A stretch of 64,000 bases of DNA from Eubacteriales bacterium (GCA_045649925.1 JAZRQS010000027.1:4795-68794), one strand, 5' to 3'; numbered from the stretch's first letter, positions 48,291 through 57,093 are shown. The notes: generated by a model not told the origin, from the letters alone. Translations and numbers: made by a program.

Positions 48291-48329
48291 CGTAGGGACT
48301 TTTGAACTTTTACATACGGAGGAGAAAAT

Positions 48330-49703
48330 ATGAGAGAAAAAAACGAAATTATAGACGAAATACTTGAATTGTTGCAGGAAAAAAGATATTCCTCTCTGCG
48401 TGAGCTTATCCAAGCGGAGCAGGCGGTAGATATAGCTGAAATGCTTCTTGATATGTCAAAGGAGCAAAGAATAATTATTTACCGGCTCTTGCCAAAGGGG
48501 CTTGCGGCGCAGGTCTTTGTTGATATGGACACAGAAATGCAGCAGGACCTTATAAATTCCTTTAGCGATTTTGAATTGAAGCAGACGCTTGACGAGCTTT
48601 TTGTAGATGATACGGCGGATATAATAGAAGAGATGCCCGCGACTGTTGTGCGAAGAATATTGCGAAATTCAAGCACCGACACTCGCAGGACATTAAACGA
48701 GCTGCTCAAATATCCTGAAGTGAGCGCTGGTAGTATTATGACTACGGAATACGTGCGACTCAAGGAAAATATGACAGTCAAAGATGCGTTTGCTCATATA
48801 AGAAGCGTTGCACTCGACAAGGAGACAGTATATAACTGCTATGTTACGGACGAAAAGCGTGTCCTGCAGGGAATAGTGACTGTCAGGACGTTGCTGCTAG
48901 CGAGCTATGACGCCCTTGTCGGCGATATAATGGAGCGAAACGTAGTATCCGTATCGACCCTTGAGGACAGGGAAGAGGTGGCGAGAATGTTTGACAGATA
49001 TGACTACCTTGCCTTGCCTGTTGTCGACCGAGAGAACAGACTTGTGGGTATTATAACAGTCGACGATGCTATCGACGTTATGCACGAGGAGGTCGAGGAG
49101 GACTTTGCCAAAATGGCGGCTATAACTCCTACTGAAAAGCCATACCTTCGTACAAGCGTTCATCAGATATGGAAATCCCGCGTTCCGTGGCTCTTGATCC
49201 TTATGATTTCAGCCACATTTACGGGAATGATAATCTCTTCCTTTGAGGAAGCACTTCAAGGACTTGCCGTTTTGACTATTTTCATTCCTATGCTGATGGA
49301 TACGGGAGGAAATTCGGGAAGTCAGGCTTCTGTGACTATAATACGCGGACTTTCGCTTGGCGAAATAGGATTCAAGGATATTCCAAGAGTAATCTGGAAA
49401 GAGCTTCGCGTTTCTCTTATGTGTGGCTTTTGCCTTTCCGTTATAGGATTTTTGAAGATAATTCTCATAGATAGAATTTTAATGGGAAATGATGACGTGA
49501 CCTATATGGTCGCATTTGTCGTAAGCGTTACACTGTGCATCACTATTCTGGTAGCTAAAATTATCGGATGCTCTTTGCCTATCCTTGCAAAGAAAATGGG
49601 ATTCGACCCTGCGGTAATGGCAAGTCCGTTTATTACTACTATAGTAGATGCGATATCGCTTGTCGTATATTTCAGTATTGCAAGTGCAATTTTAAACATT
49701 TAG
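48330..49703 (+). CDS. mgtE: Magnesium transporter MgtE
   Basis: N-domain, tandem CBS domains and a TM domain with IPMLMDTGGNSGSQAS and ASPFITTIVD. Confidence 0.95.
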   Translation: MREKNEIIDEILELLQEKRYSSLRELIQAEQAVDIAEMLLDMSKEQRIIIYRLLPKGLAAQVFVDMDTEMQQDLINSFSDFELKQTLDELFVDDTADIIEEMPATVVRRILRNSSTDTRRTLNELLKYPEVSAGSIMTTEYVRLKENMTVKDAFAHIRSVALDKETVYNCYVTDEKRVLQGIVTVRTLLLASYDALVGDIMERNVVSVSTLEDREEVARMFDRYDYLALPVVDRENRLVGIITVDDAIDVMHEEVEEDFAKMAAITPTEKPYLRTSVHQIWKSRVPWLLILMISATFTGMIISSFEEALQGLAVLTIFIPMLMDTGGNSGSQASVTIIRGLSLGEIGFKDIPRVIWKELRVSLMCGFCLSVIGFLKIILIDRILMGNDDVTYMVAFVVSVTLCITILVAKIIGCSLPILAKKMGFDPAVMASPFITTIVDAISLVVYFSIASAILNI

Positions 49704-49713
49704 GAGATTTCAA

Positions 49714-50865
49714 ATGACAGAAAAGCTGTATTATTCAGACAGTTACATCAAAAAGTTTTCTGCAAGAGTTGTCGCCTGCGCTCGACGCGACGATGAAAGC
49801 TTTGAGGTCCTGCTTGACAGGACAGCTTTCTTCCCTTGTGAGGGGGGACAAAATGCTGACAGAGGCTTTATTGGTGATGCCGTCGTTTTGGACGTAATAG
49901 AGCGTGATGAAATAATACACGTCGTAAATTCGCCTCTTGACATAGGCGTAGAATACGAGTGCTCAATCGACTGGGACAACAAGCTGAGAAATCTGCAAAA
50001 CCATAGCGGAGAGCATATAGTATCGGGAATAATCTGTTCAAAATACGGACTTGACAACGTGGGATTTCATCTCGGCAGAGACGAGGTGACTCTCGATTTT
50101 TCGGGCTACGTTGACGATGAGGGCTTGATGGAGGTCGAGCGTCTTGCAAATGAAGCTGTAATTTCAAACATAAAAATCAAGGCAGAAGTTGTCAGCAAGG
50201 AAGAATCCGAAAAATTGACTTATCGCTCAAAGAAAAACATAAACGAGGATATTCGCATAGTTACTATTGATGGATATGATGCGTGCGCATGCTGTGCTCC
50301 TCATCTTAACTATACGGGCGAGATAGGGCAGATAAAGATTCTCGACTCCATGAAATACAAGGGAGGCGTCAGAATATGGATAGCTTGTGGCTTTGACGCC
50401 TTGAAGAACCATAACGAAAGGCACTCCACGGTAAAGGAAATATCAAGAATGCTCTCGCAGAAGCAAAACGAGGTGGCAGAGGGAGTTTCCCGTCTTCTTG
50501 ATACAATAAACGAAAAAAATGCAAAAATATCTTCACTAAAAGAAGAGCTTCTTGACTTGAAGCTGAAGGAGCTTGAATATTGCTCTGGCAACATAATTGT
50601 CTTTGAAGTGGAAGCCGATACGAATTTTATGCGCCGTTACGCAAATAGCGCAGTTAAAATGTGTGAGGGAATTTTCGGCATTTTCGGCGGTAATGATGGG
50701 GCGGGGTATAAATACATACTCGCATCAGACAAAATTGACCTGAAAGCACGTGCAAAGGAAATAAATCGGGCGCTCGGTGGAAACGGCGGAGGAAGTGTGA
50801 CGATGATACAGGGAAGCGTCAGTGCAAAAAGAGCAGAAATAGAAAAATACTTTGCTGTAGAGTAA
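49714..50865 (+). CDS. Alanyl-tRNA editing protein AlaX-L (AlaRS editing domain plus DHHA1-like C-terminus)
   Basis: HSGEH (HxxxH) and CCAPH (CxxxH) zinc motifs of the second additional domain. GGNGGG is present in the C-terminal domain. Confidence 0.8.
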   Translation: MTEKLYYSDSYIKKFSARVVACARRDDESFEVLLDRTAFFPCEGGQNADRGFIGDAVVLDVIERDEIIHVVNSPLDIGVEYECSIDWDNKLRNLQNHSGEHIVSGIICSKYGLDNVGFHLGRDEVTLDFSGYVDDEGLMEVERLANEAVISNIKIKAEVVSKEESEKLTYRSKKNINEDIRIVTIDGYDACACCAPHLNYTGEIGQIKILDSMKYKGGVRIWIACGFDALKNHNERHSTVKEISRMLSQKQNEVAEGVSRLLDTINEKNAKISSLKEELLDLKLKELEYCSGNIIVFEVEADTNFMRRYANSAVKMCEGIFGIFGGNDGAGYKYILASDKIDLKARAKEINRALGGNGGGSVTMIQGSVSAKRAEIEKYFAVE

Positions 50866-50883
50866 TATTCTAGTGGAGGACAT

Positions 50884-51552
50884 ATGAAATTAAACAACGA
50901 CTGGGATAACGTAATCGGTGAGGAATTTGAAAAGGAATATTACCTGAATCTGAGGAGCTTCCTCAAAGGCGAGTATTCTACACAAAGAATATATCCCGAT
51001 ATGTACGATATATACAATGCACTGAAGCTCACGCCGTATTCCGAGGTAAAGGTCGTTATTCTCGGTCAGGACCCCTACCATGGTCAAGGTCAGGCGCATG
51101 GCTTGTGCTTTTCTGTGCAGAAGGGTGTCAAGCTACCCCCATCGCTTCAGAATATTTACAAGGAAATCGAAAGCGACCTTGGTGTAAAAATGCCGAGCCA
51201 CGGAGAGCTTACATCCTGGGCGCGTCAAGGGGTGCTTTTGCTGAATACTACACTCACAGTGCGCGAAGGCAAGCCACAGAGCCATCTCGGAAAAGGCTGG
51301 GAAATCTTGACTGATAAGATAATACAAAAGCTAAACGAAAGTCCAAGCCCGATAGTCTACATTCTCTGGGGCTCAAATGCGCGAAGCAAGAAAAAGCTTA
51401 TAAACAACAAAAATCATTTGATACTTGAAACTGTCCATCCAAGTCCACTCTCGGCATACAACGGATTTTTCGGGTGCAAGCATTTCTCACGCGCAAACGA
51501 ATTTCTCGCACAAAACAATATTACCCCAATAGACTGGGCGCATCTTGATTAA
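50884..51552 (+). CDS. ung: Uracil-DNA glycosylase
   Basis: GQDPYHGQGQAHGLCFSV and HPSPLSA motifs. Confidence 0.95.
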   Translation: MKLNNDWDNVIGEEFEKEYYLNLRSFLKGEYSTQRIYPDMYDIYNALKLTPYSEVKVVILGQDPYHGQGQAHGLCFSVQKGVKLPPSLQNIYKEIESDLGVKMPSHGELTSWARQGVLLLNTTLTVREGKPQSHLGKGWEILTDKIIQKLNESPSPIVYILWGSNARSKKKLINNKNHLILETVHPSPLSAYNGFFGCKHFSRANEFLAQNNITPIDWAHLD

Positions 51553-51583
51553 ATTGGTTTACATATTCTCAAAAGGGTGAAAA

Positions 51584-52540
51584 ATGATATTTCTGTATAT
51601 TTTACTTGCGTTGCTGGTGATAGTTCTCGCAGTCATATGCATCGCATCAGTATATTTCTTCAAATTTACAATAGTGGGGCGTCACGCAACAATTGAAGAG
51701 ACGCTTAAAAAATCTGAAAGCAATCCTACATATTCTCGCTATTACGATAGAATAATCGCAGGTGGCGAGTGGCTGAAGCGAGAGCCTCACGAGAGAGTGG
51801 AGATAGAGAGTCACGACGGCTTGAAGCTCGTCGCCTCCATATATGAGCCACGCAAGAAAACAAAAAACTGTATGCTCCTGTTCCACGGCTGGTCAAGCCA
51901 CCCCTTCTTTGACTTTTCCTGTATCGTCGAAAAATATCGAGACCTCGGCTCAAACGTAATAGTGGTAGAGCAGAGAGGACACGGCGAGAGCGGTGGCAAG
52001 TACTCCACATTTGGAGTGAAGGAAAGGTATGACGTGCTTTCGTGGTCAAGCTATATAATTTCACGATACGGAGAGGACTGCAGGATAATTCTCGACGGCA
52101 TTTCTATGGGAGCGTCTACTGTTATGATGGCGGCAGGTTTGGAAGAGCTGCCGAAAAATATCGTTGGAATAATTGCTGATTGTGGCTTTACATCTGCGTA
52201 TGATGAATTTGCTCACGTGATGAAGCTATGGTATAAGCTACCCCCTTTTCCGCTTATGCACAGTGTAGGGATTATAGCAAAGGTGCTGGCAGGATTTTCC
52301 TTTGACGAGGTTTCTACGGAAAACGAATTGAAAAAATCCGAGCTTCCGCTCCTTATATTGCACGGAGAGGCAGACGACTTTGTCCCCGTAAAATTCAGCT
52401 ATAGAAACTACGAGGCGAGCGCATCGAAAAACAAGACACTCCTCGTAATACCCGGTGCTGAGCACGGCACGAGCTATATGACAGACGAAAAAAGATGTAA
52501 TGAAGCGCTTGAAAAGTTTATAGGAGAGCTTTTTGCCTAA
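51584..52540 (+). CDS. Alpha/beta hydrolase with an N-terminal membrane anchor
   Basis: TM helix followed by HGWSS..., nucleophile elbow GISMGAS, and LHGEADDFVP...H near the C-terminus. Confidence 0.75.
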   Translation: MIFLYILLALLVIVLAVICIASVYFFKFTIVGRHATIEETLKKSESNPTYSRYYDRIIAGGEWLKREPHERVEIESHDGLKLVASIYEPRKKTKNCMLLFHGWSSHPFFDFSCIVEKYRDLGSNVIVVEQRGHGESGGKYSTFGVKERYDVLSWSSYIISRYGEDCRIILDGISMGASTVMMAAGLEELPKNIVGIIADCGFTSAYDEFAHVMKLWYKLPPFPLMHSVGIIAKVLAGFSFDEVSTENELKKSELPLLILHGEADDFVPVKFSYRNYEASASKNKTLLVIPGAEHGTSYMTDEKRCNEALEKFIGELFA

Positions 52541-52544
52541 TAAA

Positions 52545-52595
52545 AGCAAAACCTCTTGCGACACCGATAAGGTGCTATCGCAAGAGGTTTTGTTT
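52545..52595. terminator. Bidirectional terminator between convergent genes
   Basis: Long hairpin CCTCTTGCGA...TCGCAAGAGG with an inner CACC/GGTG stem, and A/T runs on both sides. Confidence 0.85.
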
Positions 52596-53530
52596 TAGAA
52601 AATTGTTTGTATCACCTTTTCAGATTCATACGGAGAGTAGCTCCAGAAGTCTATGTGAGGCGTCTTTTTGGGATCTATAAAATACTTCAGCTCCTTTTTT
52701 GTATCCGTCTCGGTGTGTGAGTCTATTATTATCAGCTTGATTTTCATCTTATCTGGGATAATGCTCTTTATGTAGACGGCGGCGGTCTGATTTATCTTTA
52801 CGCCCCCCTTCAATTCTGCAAGGCCTGCAAGGTTTGGCATCAGCTCGACGAAAACTCCGTAGCTTTCTATGCTCCGTATAGTTCCTGCCACAGTCTGACC
52901 TGCAGAGAACAAGGAGGCATTTTCCTCCCAGGTGCCGAGCAGTTCACGATGTGAAACGTATATTCTTCCGTCGTCGCCTATCATTTTTACTACAGTGAAT
53001 ATCTTATCTCCTACGGAAAATCTATCCCTCGGGTGTGATATTCTTGATACGGAAATACAGTCTATAGACAAAAGCGATACTATTCCGCACCCTATATCGA
53101 CAAAAGCTCCGAAGTTTTCCATGTGAGTAATCTTGCTCGGTATAATATCTCCGGGAAGAAGATTTGAAATATAGTTTTCGCTGCACTCTATCTGCGCAGC
53201 CCTGCGAGAAAGCAGAGCATATGTCTCGCCTCTCTCATTTTTTGTAAAGCCAGTTACAATAAAGCATATCGGCTTGCCTACTCTTGTCAAAACGGCAATA
53301 TCCTTCACCTGCTCGCCAGGTGGTGTGTATTGCACCTCGTTTCTCGGCATTATTCCTTTACAGCACCTAAGGTCTATGTGCAGATTGAAGTTATTGTCGC
53401 AGAGAAGCACGTTTGCTTCAAGTATTTTTTGCTTTTCCATAGCTTTTTCAAGGCAAGACATAGAATATAAGTATTCTTGGTTTTCCAAGGTGGAAATTAT
53501 TGAGCCCTCCGGGAGATATTGATTTAGCAT
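52595..53530 (-). CDS. S1 RNA-binding-domain protein (multiple S1 repeats), function unknown
   Basis: S1-like segments: GDIIPSKITHMENFGAFVDIGCGIVSLL and GQTVAGTIRSIESYGVFVELMPNLAGLAE. Confidence 0.75.
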   Translation of the reverse strand: MLNQYLPEGSIISTLENQEYLYSMSCLEKAMEKQKILEANVLLCDNNFNLHIDLRCCKGIMPRNEVQYTPPGEQVKDIAVLTRVGKPICFIVTGFTKNERGETYALLSRRAAQIECSENYISNLLPGDIIPSKITHMENFGAFVDIGCGIVSLLSIDCISVSRISHPRDRFSVGDKIFTVVKMIGDDGRIYVSHRELLGTWEENASLFSAGQTVAGTIRSIESYGVFVELMPNLAGLAELKGGVKINQTAAVYIKSIIPDKMKIKLIIIDSHTETDTKKELKYFIDPKKTPHIDFWSYSPYESEKVIQTIF

Positions 53531-53629
53531 ATAGCACCTCTTGATTTTTATTTTACATGCTATAATATATGCAAATAAATTTCCTATTATGAAGAAGGAC
53601 TTTGTGTGTTTCGGTAAAATAATTTAAGA

Positions 53630-53665
53630 TAAATAATAAGCGCCGACTGTATTTACAGCCGGCGC
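53630..53665 (-). terminator. Intrinsic terminator after mazF
   Basis: AGCGCCG(A)CTGTA / TACAG(C)CGGCGCT stem. A U-rich tract follows on the minus strand. Confidence 0.75.
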
Positions 53666-53669
53666 TTGC

Positions 53670-54191
53670 TTACATTATATTTTCAGGCGCTTTTGCGCTT
53701 GCTATGCTGATATCATTTTGCGCTACGGCAGACGCGTCTGTCATTGCTACGGCAGGGAAATTTTGTACATCGTGCGATGGGGAAGTAGTGACTACATCCT
53801 TGCCCGTATATACGCGTGGTCCTGCGCTATAGGCATCGCTTTGCATTTCACTTAGTCCAAAGCTGATGGAAATGGCGTTGTTCACCTCTCGCATAACGTT
53901 ATCGTCGAGGTGTCCCATGCGCTCCTTGAGGCGCTTTTTGTCGAGTGTCCTCACCTGCTCCAAGAGTATTATAGAATCCTTGGCAAGCCCTACCTGATCC
54001 GCAAATATGTCTATATGTGTAGGTAGCTTGGTCTTTCCCATCTTGCTGGTTATTGCCGCTGCTATCACAGTTGGGCTATATCGGTTTCCGACGTCATTTT
54101 GAACTATAAGTACAGGACGAAGTCCTCCTTGCTCGCTCCCGATTACAGGACTGAGATCTGCATAATATATATCACCGCGTCTTATATTCAT
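53670..54191 (-). CDS. mazF: MazF/EndoA (PemK-family) endoribonuclease toxin with a ~58-aa C-terminal extension
   Basis: [50 protein letters not shown]...LPTHIDI...[17 protein letters not shown] aligns along its whole length with B. subtilis EndoA (116 aa). The ORF then continues to 173 aa. Confidence 0.9.
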   Translation of the reverse strand: MNIRRGDIYYADLSPVIGSEQGGLRPVLIVQNDVGNRYSPTVIAAAITSKMGKTKLPTHIDIFADQVGLAKDSIILLEQVRTLDKKRLKERMGHLDDNVMREVNNAISISFGLSEMQSDAYSAGPRVYTGKDVVTTSPSHDVQNFPAVAMTDASAVAQNDISIASAKAPENIM

Positions 54192-54365
54192 CACTTTTTT
54201 CTCGCAGTATGGCGAATATCCTTTCTGGTTTCGTTACCTTTATCCTCTTGAGCTCACATTCATATTTTGCCTTTTTTGTTTGCGTTTTAATCATCAAAAA
54301 AATGTTTTTTAAAACTCAATATCAGTTTATTAAAAATCATAGGATTTGTTAATGTGGATAAAAGC

Positions 54366-54401
54366 AAAAAGCTGTCGATAGGATAACCCCGACAGCTTTT
54401 T
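54366..54401. terminator. Intrinsic terminator after the DUF378 gene
   Basis: AAAAAGCTGTCG-12 nt-CGACAGCTTTTT. Confidence 0.8.
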
Positions 54402-54404
54402 ATA

Positions 54405-54623
54405 TTATTCGTTATGAGAAACGACTCTTTCGTCCTCAGGTCTGAAAAGCAGGGAAATACACCAAATGCCCGCAAGAGCAACGACAGTGTAAATAATTCT
54501 GCTTATTATAGCTTCCTGACCGCCGCCAATCCAGGCAACCACATCGAACTTAAAAAGGCCGATACTACCCCAGTTAAGTGCGCCGATGATAGTCAGTATC
54601 AATGCGATTCTGTCAAGTATCAT
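54405..54623 (-). CDS. DUF378 (YuzA-like) small membrane protein
   Basis: ILTIIGALNWGSIGLFKFDVVAWIGG...RIIYTVVALAG is the DUF378 signature (GxxNWG..G.F.FdlV). Confidence 0.85.
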   Translation of the reverse strand: MILDRIALILTIIGALNWGSIGLFKFDVVAWIGGGQEAIISRIIYTVVALAGIWCISLLFRPEDERVVSHNE

Positions 54624-54756
54624 TGACTATTGAGAATTGTTTAAAACAATTTTTCCCCTTTCAAAGTATAACGGAAAGATAAGCTTTTCCGCCTATCATT
54701 TATTTTTATCAAAAAAACGCAAAGAATACGCGAAACCAAGTTTATTTTAAATATAT

Positions 54757-55467
54757 TTATTTTGCATCGAATGAGGGGATAGAATCGCCAAAGCTTTCTT
54801 TTAGCTTTTCAAGCGCCTTTTTTTCTATTCTGCTGACATATGAGCGAGAAATACCCAGCTTTTTTGCGACCTCGCGTTGAGTGTACGGCTGGGAAGCGCC
54901 AAGTCCGTATCGCATAATTATTATCTGCCTTTCTCGCTCGTCTAAAATCTGGTTTATAAATTTGTACGCCTTTTCTGTGTGAAGCTTAAGGTCGAGATCG
55001 TATGCTATAGTATCCTCTGTGCTGATTATATCTATGTATGTAAGAGGATTTCCGTCTCTGTCAATGTCGATAGTGTCGTTTATCGAAACTTCGCTTGACA
55101 GCTTTTTCTGTGAGCGAAAAAACATCAGAATCTCGTTTTGTATGCATTTCGCTGCATAGGTCGCAAACCTCGCTCCGTTGTCACAGTTGAATGTATCTAT
55201 CGCCTTTATCAGCCCAAGACTTCCGATAGAAACCAAGTCGTCTTGATTTTGATATGATGAGTAATATTTCCTTACGATATGAGCCACGAGTCGAAGATTG
55301 TGCTCTATCAGCTTGCTTCTCGCCTGTCCTCTTTTTTCTGCCTTCATTTTTGTGAACAATTCCAGCTCTTCCTCGGGCGAAAGTGGGGGAGGAAAGCTTT
55401 GAGGACTTCCTATGCCTAATATAAGACAAATGAAATTCAGCGTCGCAATGGAAAAATCACCATACAT
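54757..55467 (-). CDS. sigK: Sporulation sigma factor SigK (pro-sigma-K), uninterrupted
   Basis: Hydrophobic pro-sequence followed by FPPPLSPEEE. LIEHNLRLVAHIV, ATYAAKCIQNEILM and GISRSYVSRIEKKAL match SigK better than SigE. AAGGAG SD. Confidence 0.75.
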   Translation of the reverse strand: MYGDFSIATLNFICLILGIGSPQSFPPPLSPEEELELFTKMKAEKRGQARSKLIEHNLRLVAHIVRKYYSSYQNQDDLVSIGSLGLIKAIDTFNCDNGARFATYAAKCIQNEILMFFRSQKKLSSEVSINDTIDIDRDGNPLTYIDIISTEDTIAYDLDLKLHTEKAYKFINQILDERERQIIIMRYGLGASQPYTQREVAKKLGISRSYVSRIEKKALEKLKESFGDSIPSFDAK

Positions 55468-55489
55468 AAAATTATCTCCTTACAAAAAA

Positions 55490-55522
55490 TCCGCATATAA
55501 CACAGTAAGTATTATATGCGGA
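55490..55522 (-). terminator. Intrinsic terminator after the atypical regulator gene, abutting the sigK SD
   Basis: 10-bp arms TCCGCATATA / TATATGCGGA. On the minus strand they are followed by TTTTTT and then the AAGGAG of sigK. Confidence 0.7.
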
Positions 55523-55556
55523 AAAAGCTTGTATATTGAATTTTTATGTAGAATGT

Positions 55557-56216
55557 TTACAGAGAAATTTTGTAATGCCCCTTTGAATGCTTTTCGATAA
55601 TATATTCGCCAAACATTTTTTGAGCTTTCTGATTTATTATGTGTATATACGAGGTCACATTGCTCTGTGAAGCGCGTGCGCCCGTTTTGAAGCAAAACCT
55701 TATTATTTCATCGGTGCTTACAGGATTAGGCGACGAGTTTACAAAATATCTCAGTATCGCATATTCAGTCTTGGTTGCGCCAAAGTCCTGACCGAAAACA
55801 AAAATCTTTTTGTCGTGAAATAAAGCTCTGACAGGACCGCAAATCATATCAGCCGCTTCCTTTTTGTGAAAAAGGCGTATGTACTCAAATATTATTTCGG
55901 CGACCTTTGAAATAGGGGTGCGTGGGAGTATGATATTGTCTGCATATTTGATTATTTTGTCAAGAGGCTCGCTTTTTTCGTCTTGTGCGAGCATTATGAG
56001 CGGAATTTTCGGGAACTTCGATTTCAAGTCGTGGCACAGAAGATCGACACTGCCATATTTTCCCGCATCCGTCAGTATGACTGCGCTGAAGCGGTAGCTC
56101 GAAAGCAGGGATGATGATTCGTCAAAGTCGCAGGCATGGCAGCCAAAGCCGAGCTCATAAAAGGTTTTTCTGTAATAAAGACGACCTTCATCGGTCTTGT
56201 TTATTATAAGTAGCAT
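55557..56216 (-). CDS. OmpR/PhoB-type winged-helix regulator with a degenerate (pseudo-)receiver domain; orphan
   Basis: C-terminal Trans_reg_C-like TKTEYAILRYFVNSSPNPVSTDEIIRF...VTSYIHIINQK. The N-terminal CheY-like fold keeps a candidate Asp (VILTD) but lacks the usual DD, T/S and K-P positions by eye. Confidence 0.65.
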   Translation of the reverse strand: MLLIINKTDEGRLYYRKTFYELGFGCHACDFDESSSLLSSYRFSAVILTDAGKYGSVDLLCHDLKSKFPKIPLIMLAQDEKSEPLDKIIKYADNIILPRTPISKVAEIIFEYIRLFHKKEAADMICGPVRALFHDKKIFVFGQDFGATKTEYAILRYFVNSSPNPVSTDEIIRFCFKTGARASQSNVTSYIHIINQKAQKMFGEYIIEKHSKGHYKISL

Positions 56217-56303
56217 ATCAACCTCGAATTACTTTGTTTAATTAATTCTATCACTGATTTTAAAAATATTCAATAGGGTAAGAGTATATTTAAGGGTATT
56301 TTA

Positions 56304-56332
56304 TTGACTTTTTGCCCTTTTGAATGTATAAT
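56304..56332 (+). promoter_or_regulatory. Sigma-A promoter of the SDR gene
   Basis: TTGACT (56304-56309), 17 nt, TATAAT (56327-56332). Confidence 0.6.
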
Positions 56333-56370
56333 TGTAGGTGATAAACAAAAAATTCTACTCGGAGATGTGT

Positions 56371-57093
56371 ATGGGCTCTAAAACTGTATTGATAACCGGT
56401 GGCTCAAGAGGTATAGGCGCAGAGATGGTGCGCCTTTTCAGTGAGCATAATTATAATGTGGCGTTTACCTACAAAAGCTCGCGAGAGGCAGCAGACCAGA
56501 TAGCAAGGAAATATAATGCGCTCCCGATATGTGCAGACTCTGCGTGCGAGGACGAGGTCGAAAAGGCTGTTTGCACAGTGGTCGATGCCTTCGGTGATAT
56601 CGACGTGTTGATAAATAATGCCGCTATCAGCTCGTTTTCCTTGTTTACGGATATAGAGCCGAGTGCTTGGAGAGAGATTTTTGACGTAAATGTGCATGGG
56701 GCTTTTTACTACACACGTGCCATTTCTCGCAAAATGATACAGAAAAAGCAGGGCAGAATAATAAACATCTCGTCAATGTGGGGTATAAGCGGCTCTGCTT
56801 GTGAGGTGCATTATTCAGCTACCAAGGCGGCAATAATAGGTATGACAAAGGCTCTTGCAAAGGAACTTGGTCCGTCAGGTATTACTGTTAACTGTATAGC
56901 CCCTGGTGTAATTGCTACGGATATGAATTCCTCACTTTCCAAAGAGGACGTTGATGTATTGAAGGAAAACACTCCTGTGTGCAGAATCGGTGAGCCGTCT
57001 GATGTTGCCAATATGGCTCTGTTTTTGGCGCAGGATGAAGCATCGTTTATAACGGGACAGATCATCGGTGTCGACGGCGGTTATATAATTTAA
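56371..57093 (+). CDS. SDR-family oxidoreductase (FabG-like 3-oxoacyl reductase fold)
   Basis: TGGSRGIGAEM (TGxxxGxG), NNAA, SSMWG...YSATKAA (YxxxK). Confidence 0.85.
   Translation: MGSKTVLITGGSRGIGAEMVRLFSEHNYNVAFTYKSSREAADQIARKYNALPICADSACEDEVEKAVCTVVDAFGDIDVLINNAAISSFSLFTDIEPSAWREIFDVNVHGAFYYTRAISRKMIQKKQGRIINISSMWGISGSACEVHYSATKAAIIGMTKALAKELGPSGITVNCIAPGVIATDMNSSLSKEDVDVLKENTPVCRIGEPSDVANMALFLAQDEASFITGQIIGVDGGYII

Noticed and set aside
54757-55467. skin-like intervening element in sigK
   Set aside because: The sigK ORF is continuous from the pro-sequence through region 4.2. No recombinase gene or split is present.
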